A DNA stretch of 64,000 nucleotides from Phoronis australis (Eukaryota; Animalia; Phoronida): positions 193,211 to 257,210 of the forward strand of contig NMRA01000525.1 in assembly GCA_002633005.1 (NCBI GenBank). The letters are read 5' to 3'. Made by a program: the position numbers and the translations under genes. The notes beneath the pieces are model-generated. The model worked only from the letters and a program-made list of their open reading frames with translations, made no database searches and was not told the DNA's origin. Below, piece after piece: positions 1 to 12,079 of the stretch. Position 1 is the stretch's first letter. Each line of letters opens with the position of its first letter.

Positions 1-398
1 GTATCATTTTTTCATAAATATGTCTACTTGGTATTTTTTACCAAAAAAATATTTTCTTTTTATTTTGAAGTATCACTGAGAATAAGTTCAAATGACTTTG
101 TCTAGTTTTTGACATGTTTCCATGGAATGACTGGTATCCTTTAAGTTCAGAAAAACACCAAGGGTAACTCCAAGAACAAACCAACAAAGTACAATTACCT
201 TTTTAAACACAACAGCTTTCACAAATTAGTAGCCAGTTGTTTTAACCATGAATGTTACCATGGAGCTTCTATCCTAAGAACTGACCTTATAAATTAGTAA
301 GGAATATAAAATGTTTCCTTAATTACTTTGTTAAATATTTCCATGTAAGTAACAAGGGTTAACAAAATCTTGAGTAATTTTTATACTCCTTCTCTTAA

Positions 399-630
399 AG
401 CGGCAATAAACCTGATTTCTGGGTTTGCAAAGACTTGCCAGTTTGTCATTCCTCAAGACCATGCGGGGTGCATGGACATGCCAAAAATTTTACACGACAA
501 TTTTTAGAGGCTAGTTTCGAGCAGCAATGAAACCTCAGTTATTTGAATGAGGTAAAACAGTCAGTTGCAGCTGACTGGTTCACTCAAAGCCCAGAAATGT
601 TTTGTGGTGTAAGATTGGTTTATAGCCACT
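399..630. mobile_element. Kolobok-like MITE
   Basis: TTAA on both sides (395-398, 631-634); imperfect TIR AGCGGCAATAAACC / GGTTTATAGCCACT. Confidence 0.55.
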
Positions 631-969
631 TTAAATAATTACATGGCTGTAACTAGTGTTACCTACAAATGGTTTCAAGAAGTTGCTTTATTCTTTCATC
701 TAAAGCCTGCCTACAGTGTGTTTTTTGATAACTTAATCAACCGAAATATGACATGAGCCACAGACCACCACACTCGAAAATTGACCAATCGCATTATGCT
801 CTTTGAAATTAGTCAGGTGTTGACTCTTGAGTGAAGTTTGGTGGGGATGGAATAGTGACGCTGACGCTAAACATCGGTAGCGAGGATGTTGGATACAGGT
901 GCTGATTCCATTCATTCAACTTGGCAAATCAAACGAGCTCCAATGCCAATCAAAAACACCAAACGCAGA

Positions 970-1757
970 TCAAGGCACAACAAAATCACCACCATTTTCA
1001 TTATCAAAGTGATGCATGACGTGCTGTTCATATTCAATCTGTGACACTGTCGCAGGGTAGACTGCATTGCACATGGGACACACCCGATCGAGTTCTTTGG
1101 CACGGTTTAAATCAATCTCCTCTGAAGGGTCGCAGTCTAAAATGTGTAACTGGAACTCTTCCTTAGACATGCTGCCTGGAAATGATACGTGACACGAGGG
1201 ACAGACACGAGGCGAGTCGCTTCTTTTGCGCATGTCCTGTGGCAACTGATCAGCCTCCGTGTCTGTCACCTGCCCAACGGCGTACCCATGAAGTGACACG
1301 CCCAACTTTTCATGGTGTGTTGCCGTTCCATAGTCCCACTTATCATCGCCAAAAGCCGCCACATCACACTTTCCATCAGGACGCCGGAGCACACTCAGTG
1401 ATACATCACGTGATTTTGGAATGCTGGTTATGTAATCTTCTACGTCACGTATGTAATCACCATCTGCACTCCGGTCAGTTCTGACGGATGGTTTCTCAGT
1501 TTTATGACCGATATTTTCATCTTCAGCAGCAGAGACATCTGGCCACCGCACATCATCATCGTAAAATGCATCATCAATATCCGAGAGCTTTTCTTGCGAG
1601 GGGACTCGAGCACTAAAAGAGGATCGCTTCTGCATTTCGCGTGAAGTCCATTTCTTTAGAATTGACTGATGTCTTAGCGTGTCCGTTCTCAGTACTTCCA
1701 TTGACTTCACCAATTGTGCCAGAGCATTTTTAACTTGCATGTAGAAGAAGTCATCAT
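970..1757 (-). CDS. Last coding exon of NAP1(AZI2)/SINTBAD(TBKBP1)/TANK-family TBK1 adaptor (TBD-like helix, two UBZ1-type zinc fingers)
   Basis: Part of ORF 970..1833. Strong acceptor (branch CTAAC, tttttgtgtttcag, AG at 1759-1758) is phase-compatible with the upstream exon (CAA A|AT GAT GAC). Encodes ALAQLVKSMEVLRTDTLRHQSILKKW (resembles NAP1/TANK TBK1-binding helix), CPSC..FQLHILDC and CPMC..YEQHVMHH fingers; stop TGA at 972-970. Confidence 0.85.
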
Positions 1758-2030
1758 CTGAAACACAAAAACTGGAGTTAGGTGTATGAAGGCAAGAAAT
1801 GGAATCTTCGTCCATGTATTCAATCACAGGCATGGAAAAGAACCTGAAGCAGAAAAAACAATTTCAAGCAGAATTTGTAAAATATCGTTGCAGTAGAGAG
1901 TGCACCATTACAGCCTGATTCATGAAAGTGACTTAAGACTTTTTGATTTTCAAATAATGTGATTACTACCGTATCATTGCTTGAAAATAATTTGTACAAA
2001 TTTTGTCAATAAGTAACAATGATAGGAATC

Positions 2031-2132
2031 AAACATATTTAAGTCTGGTCTACACGCCACCTGTTGGCCACATCACGTGACCTAATGTGATGTGGCCAAC
2101 AGGTGATGTGCAGACCAGACTTAAAAATGTTT
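2031..2132. repeat. Near-perfect inverted repeat (~46-bp arms, short loop) in intron
   Basis: AAACATATTTAAGTCTGGTCTACACGCCACCTGTTGGCCACATCAC pairs with GTGATGTGGCCAACAGGTGATGTGCAGACCAGACTTAAAAATGTTT (4 mismatches). Confidence 0.9.
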
Positions 2133-2685
2133 GTGATCTATATTTCCACCCTGGTTCAAAATTAACATATTTATAAATGATGTGTATATTCTAAGATACT
2201 TTATAAATGATGACTATATTCTAAAGTACTTTATAATTGTTTTGCTAAGGTGGGTGTTACATATTTTTCAGAAATAGTTATGAGGAGCATAGAGCGTCAG
2301 ACTAAATTTCTTTCTCAAGTCAACTTTTCATGAAACAAAAATTAATATTTACATAAACTTTGACATGTTAGTGATATTTGTTTTGCTTGGAGTGGGTTTG
2401 GAATTTCTTTTCGCTAAATTTTACTTAAACAACACAGTCACATGACCAAACCAATAAAAATGGTAGTGAGTAAAAAATAATTCTAGGTGCTTTCTGCTTT
2501 TAGAAAATGAGTACAATTCAAGAAATTACTTTAAAAGTCTGGAATAGATTGACCATACGAACTTTAAAATTAGCACGTAAGTAAATAACGACATATCTAT
2601 CCAACGTTTCGGTTGACGTTACCAGTTACCAAAAAAACTCCATCCTGAAGCTACAAACATTGAACCTGTGGGAATAAAGTCATCA

Positions 2686-2857
2686 AAATATCCCTCAGTA
2701 GGATCTATAGACAATGCCCAATATATCCCTCAGTAGGATCTATAGACAATGCACAATATATCCCTCAGTAGGATCTATAGACAATGCACAATATATCCCT
2801 CAGTAGGATCTATAGACAATGCACAATATATCCCTCAGTAGGATCTATAGACAATGC
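2686..2857. repeat. 35-bp tandem repeat, ~5 copies
   Basis: AATATATCCCTCAGTAGGATCTATAGACAATGCAC; TCCCTCAGTA at 2691, 2726, 2761, 2796, 2831. Confidence 0.95.
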
Positions 2858-3813
2858 TCAAACTTGTCTCAGCACCTACCCCCAATTTACACAACTGAGA
2901 TTTCTTAAAAGTGTCAAAATCTTTTCACTAGCTTATCTTTGGGTTACAGTCAGTTTCATATTCGACAGAAGAAAAAATACCATTTTACATTGAAAGAGAA
3001 CTGGTACGGTATCGGCTTGAGTGCATTATGATATTACAATACTTGAGTGTAAAAAAACAGTGAAGGCACTTGCGCGAGGCAATGCATTATTCGGGTAAAT
3101 TCTCATCCCCAAATTCTTAAACATTTTGCTCCCTACAAAGATTTTTTTAATTTCCTAAGATAAACCCTCTGGTGTGTTCACCGAGATGCGTATGTTTAAA
3201 GTAAAAACAAGCTGACACGGTGTCCAAGGGCCAGTGGATTTGCGGCTGGGCCAGTAACTTTTAACAGTCAACTTGGCACCTGGGACGGTAAATTTTCAAA
3301 CTAACTAGCCTGGCTGGCCAGCACATTTTCAAAAAACCAGGGAATTATAAGCACGGGCAAAAAATAAAGACCAATGCCGACTCTCTAATATGAACAAAAA
3401 CAACAAATTGAGATTGCTGAACTCGACTTTGGCGAATAAGATATTCAGAATTCAAATTAAACAATTTTTTTATATTTTATACATGGAAAATATTCATGTT
3501 CTTTGATGCGGCTACACAGACTCACAAAAGCAGCGTGTCCTTGTATGTTTTAACATTTGCAAAAAAATTTTAATCAAAATCCCCGCAAAACCGATCCATA
3601 ATTATTTTTAGAGAATACAAGGACAAACACGTCACTCTAGATATTTTTATACCTGGATCAAAGATCATAATTTGTTTCAATGTATAAAATATGAAATATT
3701 TCATTTAAATTGAATTTTACACTGTTTATTGGCCATGCACAGGTCCAGCAACTTTAAAATCTACTGTATACCGAAAAGACAATGATATGAAGGATTCCGT
3801 TTTCTTTACTCAC

Positions 3814-4723
3814 TTTGTCTTGCTGCTGGATTAACGTTGCTCTGCAATGAGCTCCCTCTATCTCTCTGCACTGCCTTCAGGTGGCGCACTTCACCTCTAG
3901 ATTGCACTAAGTCCTGCTCACAAACAGCAAGTCTGCTTCTGACAGCACTCAACTCCTCTCCCTGTGTTTTTACTAGTCGCTCCAACTGTTCTTTATCTTG
4001 CTTACACTCAGAGTAGTCTTTGTTGAGACCGATAAGATCTTTTTTCGTTGAAGAGAACTTTTTTTCCAAAGCAGCTTTCTCCTTAAGTAGCTGCTCATTT
4101 CTGTCTTCCAGTGATGAATTCTGATTTTTAAGTTTTTCACAGTCCTCGTTTGCTGTGTGTTTTTTCAGCTCACTCACTTGAGAAATCAATCGATAGTTTT
4201 CATTTTGTAAATCCGTTAGCTGATTGGTAAGTTCTTTCGTTTGCCGTTCATATTTAGCTATTTGTTTAGTCAGTTCTGCGTTTTGCCGAACATAATATGA
4301 CTCCATCTCTTTTACTTTGTGATCACTGTTCAAGTTGGATGCATTACTGCCACCGGTGACGAAACCTTCATCAGTACTCATCACCGAGCCTTTGGACACC
4401 AAACTCTCACCTAACCCCGAAGAGTGCATACCCGGCAAACTACAACTTGATTGGGAGCCCCCTATATGCTGTTTCTGTGACTTCCTTAAGAGCAGACGGT
4501 GATTTGCCTTCAGTTGCTCATAATCCTCTGTCACTGCAACAAGACGTGACTTGAGAGCTTCGTTTGCAGTTTTGAGCGCATGCTGTGACCCCGCATCAGG
4601 AACCTCACCAGTGGTTATGTGGAACCTCTGCAGCGACTGGGAAGACATTTTACTGTAATCCTGTGCGTGGGCAGACGGTAATTCGTTGAGCACGTCAATG
4701 TCGTCGTCATTTTCATAGGACAT
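3814..4723 (-). CDS. First coding exon of NAP1/SINTBAD/TANK-family adaptor (FIR-like N-terminus, long coiled coil)
   Basis: Within ORF 3806..4798; acceptor AG at 4739-4738, ATG at 4723, donor GTGAGT at 3813-3808 (910 nt, phase 1). DDDIDVLN and SQHALKTANEALKSRL resemble NAP1 EDDICILN and SHFALVTAYEDIKKRL; heptad-rich C-terminal half. Confidence 0.85.
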
Positions 4724-5617
4724 TGTCAGCGAAAGACCTGTAAGAAATGAAGCATAATCAAATATACAATAGAAGGTAGAAATACAATAAAGCTTCAAGT
4801 TTCATTTTCCAAGAGACCGATGTGAAAGCACAACCCAAATTGAGTGATGCAATAACAAAACTGCAGTAATAGATGGCTTCGATTCCAGGAAAGGCGTAGG
4901 CACTTTTGGTAGCAAAGAAGAAACTTCAGTTTACACAATCATTAATGTAAGCATTATATGTTGCTATGTTTTGTGATTAAACCAAACCACTTGGCCAGAC
5001 ACAAGACCAGAACCAAGATGACTGCCCTAAAGGACAAGCAGCTAACTGTAAATTGGAATACAACTACATGGTACCAGAAAGTTTTATAACAACCCAACTC
5101 TCCAATAGACCACCATTAGGTTATTACCGGTAAATAGGACCTTATCGACAACCCTGTACACTTGGCCAAATATTTAAAAAACTACAGAAAGTGATTCAGT
5201 AAAATAAAATGTTCCTGAAAGTGGAAAGCTTTTAAACTCAGTGATTTTTAAAATTGTCGTTCAGTCTATAAATACAATCAAATAAATGCCGTTTATCATT
5301 TCCAAGTTCTGTACCATAGATTCCATCAGCTATTGTTTTGAGAAATCATGAGCAAAGTAACAAAGTTAGCCTTCAAAAAATTAAAAACATCAATTTTGGT
5401 AATTACTATCATCCCAACACTGGAGATTTCATCAAATCCAGGAACATGTGTCTATTTAAAGATGCCAAGTGCTGGGAGGGGACACATAAGTGGATGTCAG
5501 TTATTTTGTTAACTATCATTGACTGACTAAGTTTACAATATTTACAACATACCATAAATGTTTACACAGTAACATAAATAACCTAACAATGGCATAATGT
5601 GAATTGCATATTCTGAC

Positions 5618-5660
5618 CTCTGAACTATCAGACAGCACGATCAGCTCTGACAAGAGAGTC
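5618..5660 (-). other. Probable 5'UTR exon of the TBK1-adaptor gene
   Basis: Acceptor tttcttctttgtttcag (AG 5662-5661) and donor GTCAGA (from 5617) bound a 43-nt ATG-less exon. Confidence 0.45.
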
Positions 5661-7239
5661 CTGAAACAAAGAAGAAATTGTTTTCGGCTTTGTGAGAACA
5701 TGGTACAAAGCAGAAAAAGAATTTAACAGAAACACAAACCTCTATAGCACGCCAGTATAAATTTAGAAGCTAATGCTTAATGGAAGATTCTAAGATGATG
5801 TTATGAATGATTTAGAACAATATTTATAGTGCTATATACATGAGACACATCCACAGCATCAGAGGCAAGACCAAGAAAACACCACGAGGTAGACATGCTC
5901 CAAACACAAAAGGCCACCTCAAGATAAGCTACGGAGAGAGGCAAAAAATCGCCTGGGAGTGGTAATCCAAATGCCTGTTGTTCTATTTTTAAGATAATTT
6001 CAGTTAAGGTACAACATTCAACAACTTACTACCCTAACTGTCTTATAAGTTCAAATGAGTACAGTAAATCCTCACCTAATTAGCACTAAACATGGTGGAT
6101 GAGTCAAGTGTTACTTCTGTCAGATAGCTGCTTCACAAAAGTAAAGATTAGGTATATGTCGGTATGGTTTGAAGTGTGTTAATGTCACAAAACAACACTC
6201 AAGGTAAAGTTTCCATCATTTGCAGCAAGATAATGAGCCCTTGAAAAACTGGAAAATGGCAGTTATTTTTGTGCAAAGAGTACACTTCAACTACAATTAG
6301 AGCAGTACCACAGTTCTTCCCTTACTTCACACTCACAACTTTTGTCTAAATCATTCTTTTTCTATTTCTCAAAGGATTATTGTATAAAATGCCATGAGTA
6401 AAAACACTAAAACAGTCAAAGCTTTCAATTCAAACCCAGCACAGGTTCTTCTTCAGTAATGAGTGACACAACATCTTCACTGAAAAAGAAACTGTGGTGG
6501 GTTTGTAAGCTTCGGCTTTTAAAATATTTTGAGGGTATCTTATCAAATCTATTTACTTATAATACTACTAATAAAGTCGGTTATGCATATTGATTTTACT
6601 GATGTTATTCCTATAAATGGTAAGACGGTAGATCAGATGTCTTCATGAACGCTGATCTGTCCTGTACTCAAACATTATAAATACTAGTAGATATCTTCAA
6701 ATACAAATTCCACACCTGAACACAGTAAATCGGACGTTGGTTTCTAAAACCCTCTAAAGACAGAATGAGAGATATTGCCACTTTGAATGAGGTGTCAAAG
6801 TGCGTACACTCACGCTTATCATGACAATAGTCAAAGAACCAACCCCGACTCTCAAACATAGATTCGGGTTTGGTTTGCTTGAAACCTTCAGCAACAACCC
6901 GGCAGATGTAACTGGCTAACATGATCAAAGTTTTTACAAGTAGGCTAATACACTGACCATAGAATAGTCTTTGCTGTATTTGTTGAACAACGACCACAAG
7001 AAACTCAGATTTCCAACAGCTGTTGACCATGACAATGCATTGTTGAATTTGAAATTGAAATAACAGCCATGCTCGACGATACATTAAAGTCCTTCCAAGG
7101 CCGCTAAATTTTGAATATATGAATGACCGTGAATATCTACGGGACGGTTGCACGGTACCATGGGGACGACAATGGCCAATCCTGGCACAGGACATTTAGT
7201 GAGGGAAAATTCGCTGACCAACCAGCGTAGACGGGAACT

Positions 7240-7470
7240 GGGAATTTCCAGTGGTTTCATTAATGTTCGATGTATGTGACATATATGTATATAATCCGGT
7301 ACGATTTAAGAAGTAAAAGCGTCGGTATATTGAGAGCTGTAATCGAGAATACAGGAATATGAGCCCGGGTTTTGACAATTCTTACCGTTTCCCAAACTTC
7401 GTTTCAAAAATGGCTGCTCAGGGGAAATCCCTGACGGAGATAGTGAACTGCATTGCGCAAGCGCATTCTC
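7240..7470 (-). promoter_or_regulatory. Promoter/first non-coding exon of TBK1-adaptor gene with NF-kB, YY1-like and NRF1-like motifs
   Basis: Donor GTAAG at 7385-7381; AAAATGGCTG (YY1-like) ~7407-7416; GGGGAAATCCC 7421-7431; GGGAATTTCC 7240-7249; TGCGCAAGCGCA ~7454-7465; locally CpG-richer. Confidence 0.6.
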
Positions 7471-10400
7471 AAACTACACCCGCAGCCTGTATGAATGGCG
7501 TACTTAACCACACGACATGTGACCCCCAGCATATAGAGACTCCGGTTTAAAGTCTGAGGGTAATTTTAGATCGAGTGCGTCCCTCATTGTACGTAATTGC
7601 TTTCCAAGGCAACTGGCGCGCATCAAAAATTATGCTGTAATCATGCCTTTTTTCTTACCACTGGAATAACATAATTGTGCACTGCATTCACTTTACTTTC
7701 ATTCGGACAGATACCTCAGTTGAAATAGTGAGTTTTTGCATACGAGACCTAAGGTAAAAATTTACAACGGGGTGCTCAGACGACTGAATTCAAATTTTGT
7801 CCCACCCCCAGTAGCCATCATTGCATTCGCTAATGTCATACGCGTGTTGTCGCTAAGGCTCTGCATGCAAATTATTGGAATTAAACCATGCCCTGCATAG
7901 AAAATAACGACAAGAGCACGCAGGTCCCAATTCAGTGTATTTTTTCTGTTTGATTGAATTGAAATGCACTCAAACGTACTTTACCATCGCTAGTCGCTGA
8001 ACGTATGGGATAGCAGACAAACACCAGAAAGATCAGAAAAGCCCGGCGAAGACTAAACGTGAGCGTCCACGGGTCGGGTACACTCACACGGATTTGGGAG
8101 CTGGGGGTCCGGCGTTTTTGCATGTTTTCTAACTGAAACTGGTCCCTGAAAGTCCAAAGTTCAAACGTTTGTACGTAAGTAGAACAGTTATAGTAGTACT
8201 TGTTGAGGATGGGCGATCGCACGGCGGATAACCGGCTTATCATATGTCAGTCACTGGACTGCCCGCGCCTTCGTCGGTCCTAAATTTCAAAACCTGGTGT
8301 TCATGGGTCAGTCGTCCATTGGCACCAAATCCGTGAACCAAAATTACCGTCCAGAGCACTCCCTCACTATCAAAAACAGAAAGTATGAAACAGGTTACCC
8401 AGACACACAAACGTGTCAAACCTTTCCACGAGACGGAAAGAACACAAGGCTCTTGCCACATTTCACTGAAAAGAAAATGGCTTACTGAGCCACTGAGTTA
8501 GCCAGTTCCCTCCCATGTGCCTGTTGATCTTTCAATTTATTTGATGCGATAGGAACCACTATCGTGGTAGGGAACATTTATATAACACTGAGAAACCAGA
8601 TTCTCTGGTACGTATCTTAGATCGACAATTTTCGTTAGTTCTTGGACAAACAAGTCTCAAATTAATCAACGTTGCTGCCAAAGAGACTTTCTGCTTCATG
8701 ACTGTCAGTATCAAAACCTCATGAAACGAATTGCAACACAAATCAGTTTACACGATGCATCTTCAGGCCTAGAAACAATAATAACTTTTTTACTCAAGGC
8801 AACTGAAACTTTCGAATTTGGCGTTTAAATAACGCGTATCGCGTACGGGGAATGAATTTTTATGCTCTTGGCCGACACAGGCGATCGTCTTTCTGTTGAA
8901 GAAAAGAGTGTCTCACTTGTTCTAAACAAGTAATAAGAAAGATTTTTTTCGAAGTTTCTGTTCAGACACGTTAACATTACACGCACTTCAGTTGATTGAA
9001 TTAGTTGTTCCAGACGGTCATATTACTTTTCACTTTTTACAGCCAGACACGAGATAAACCTGTAAAACATGTCGTTTAGGGAATTGAAGTTTTGTATATG
9101 TTTATACGCGAAAGAAACTCGCCAATACAGCCTATAGAAACTGCAAGAACAGTTCAATTTAGACCAACGGTCATCTGTCGCCAACACCACAGGTAGACTT
9201 TAGTCTACACGCATCGACCGATTTTTCCCACGAAGGTGAACTGGCCTCCCACTCAATTTTACCTTTAACGTGGCTTAGTCGTAGAAATTCCAGCGCATCA
9301 AATTTATCAACATCTTCACTAAGCCCAATGAGCTATACCAGGTATAGCTCATTGCTAAGCCTAAGTCTGAACTTAGGCGAACCCAAAAGTTGTACGCGGC
9401 CTACGCTAACTCGACGCCCAGAATGAATCAGAATTCCATTCATAAGAATCATTCTTCAAAGTCACACCCCTGACAGTTGTTTCTTTCCCGGATAAAGGCA
9501 ACAAAGCGCCAACCATACATAACGTCAAATTTGTCGTTATAGAATTTTTTACACACAAAAACGGCGTGTCAATGCATTTTACACTCCTCATCAAATTTTT
9601 TATTACGACTTTCCTGCAATGGTGGCCAGTTATTATACCTAAATTTTCTTGAAAGTATAGAATATGAAACATACTGCCATCTAATCATATCAATTACAAA
9701 TTGACAAGACGAATAGACACTGAATCGATTGCTTAAAATTTTATTGAACTTGCATTCAGAGGCCCGAAAGCCTACAACTTCAAATCGTCAGACAAAACAG
9801 ATTTGAAACGGTTAAGAAACAAACGCTAGTTTCTCGTTTTCTTTAGTATTCTCATGTCGAATATTTAGTATTCGTATTTGTATTATGGGAGAGACGGTTT
9901 CCGCTTCCGTTTTTGATAAAACTTATGAAACTTGTGGTATTTAACGCAAGCTAACGAAACGTCTTTCTAAGCGATACTCACTCCATATGGCATCGAATCT
10001 TTTCAAAGCAAATTTTCACGTCTAATAAGTGATTATTTATTCCTTCCTTGGTGTTAGCCAGTGCGTCAACGGAAACACATAAAAAATAAGATTTTTTCAC
10101 GGGATACTGTCCTGGGTGTTTTTTATGATTTTTATGTTTATATATATATATATCCCGAAGATTATGCCATGGTCAAGTACTGGAATTTGGTCCACGAGTA
10201 TGGAGCTCGGTCACCGGTTATGGAATATTCTTGATGGGTGGGTGGAGTTCAGGAAGGGCGAGGTATTGGTATTTCAACCGCAGGGTATGTGCTGGTCTGG
10301 GACTGGGGTTTAATGGGAAATTGAAACTAAAATTTAGAGGCGCGGCCATGGAATCGTATCCGGCACCGTATGAATTAAAAAGGTCATATAAAAAAACGTT

Positions 10401-12013
10401 CATGTTTTCGACGAGTCTATATTCCTACTTTCTCCAATTGCCGCAGGTGACCTCATAGTATACATTTTGGCCAACATTAGTACCAGGCCAGACGCGGGAT
10501 TTACATGAAGTATGTGAATCGTCCCACGCCCACACCAAATGCGTAAAACAAAAGCGCATAGATTTTCTAAAATACGTCACGCACTTCATACACGCAAAAA
10601 GTAATAACAATTGCTGCGTTCCATAAACTCAATACATAAGCCATGCGCCTGCGACGGGAAATCTTCGCTTATGGAGCAGAAACAGGGAATTTTATCCCAT
10701 TAATTATTGATGAATTCTATCCCACTTACACCCAAATTTTGGTCGATATACATTTTAAAAAATCGTTGATAAGAAATTGCGATCAACAAAAATTGCCTGT
10801 GTAATTCAACATTCCAACATCACGGACGAATCACTTCAGTGTCCGCTATTTTGCCAGGTTACGCTGGAACAATCTCGATAGTACTCGGGAGACACTTGCC
10901 TTTCGCGTGATTTTGTGAGATCTCACTTTTCTTGGTCTACGGAACTCTGCCCTGGTTTAACTTCTCATGCCGATCCGCAATTATAAACTCGGGATCTATG
11001 TCTACGTCTACATTTATTCTGGCTTATATTGCAAATCTGTCTTTAGCTGGACATTGTTTACCATTATCTCGGGTTTTCCACCGGCGTTTCATAAATAGTA
11101 TTACTACCTGTTTACACTGGTACATGACCTGAGTGAGGTGTCAAGAGAAGGTCAAATAAACAAACGTAGTACGTGTAGAGTACAACCAATATTACTAATC
11201 AAAGTACGAAGACATTTTACCTCACAATGCATTAATTTGACACGTTCTGTTGTGCTGATTGTTACTTGTTTGTATATTGCTTATTCAGGTTATAGAAACT
11301 TCCACATCCGTTAAGTTTCGTCAAATTTAAAACGAAAACTTAAGTCTAAACCTTACAAGTCAAACTTAGATCATTTTCCTAGAACGAATTAACCACAAAA
11401 TTAGTTTTATTTTAAAATTGACTCAACGTTAAGATTTGTCTTGAAACGAGCCCTAAATCACCATATTTGAGCATCATCCTAGGTATTGTACAGTGGCCGT
11501 GGAACACTAAAATAACTTTGAAACTTGGGTTATTTTATACGACAAATGCGAAATCTAATCAATATAATATTCTAACTATAACCATTCTAGGGACAGCGCG
11601 CGAAGGAGTTGTGAAAATTCACCAATCCGAACTGAAGTATTTCGCGCGAGGCACGTGCGCCGAAGCTTTTCATGTCGCTAAGCCTTGGTCCAGGATCGGT
11701 ACATGTCCAAAAGAGACATTATCGTTTTTACGGTCATAAAAGTTTTGTTGGACAGCAAGATTTTTGAAGTTGTTCGCTTTGACCAGAGTAAACAACAAAA
11801 TCCGTTGTGTTTCGATGATTTTATTCTGACAATTGTCACTGACATTCGCTGAAATCAAGACCGACAACTTTATCAGCAAAATACGCGTACAATATTTCAT
11901 CATTTATCAAACCCGATTTGGCTACGAAGGCGAAGGTACCCGGTTGAATTCACGCTGGGTTGATTTCCGAAAATCACTTTCTTGCCGCTAATGTCAGTTT
12001 AAACAGTGCCATT

Positions 12014-12079
12014 GCAAAATGAAGTTAGGCAAAATGAAGTTAGGCAAAATGAAGTTAGGCAAAATGAAGTTAGGCAAAA
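12014..12079. repeat. 15-bp tandem repeat, ~4.4 copies
   Basis: GCAAAATGAAGTTAG repeated. Confidence 0.95.

Noticed and set aside
2686-2857. 35-bp repeats of CRISPR-like length
   Set aside because: Head-to-tail with no unique spacers, eukaryotic intron, no cas genes.
4724-4798. N-terminal extension of ORF 3806..4798 (and ORF-track ends of the ZIP exons)
   Set aside because: Runs across the splice acceptor into intron; the real start is ATG 4723.
5770-5960. Possible RTE-LINE 3' relic (also ~37270-37480)
   Set aside because: Only faint ARPRK-like similarity with frameshifts; too weak to call without a profile search.
6668-7195. 175-aa ORF and other 60-150 aa ORFs at 8-25 kb and 50-60 kb
   Set aside because: No recognisable domain, atypical composition, no coherent splice structure; intronic, intergenic or repeat-derived.
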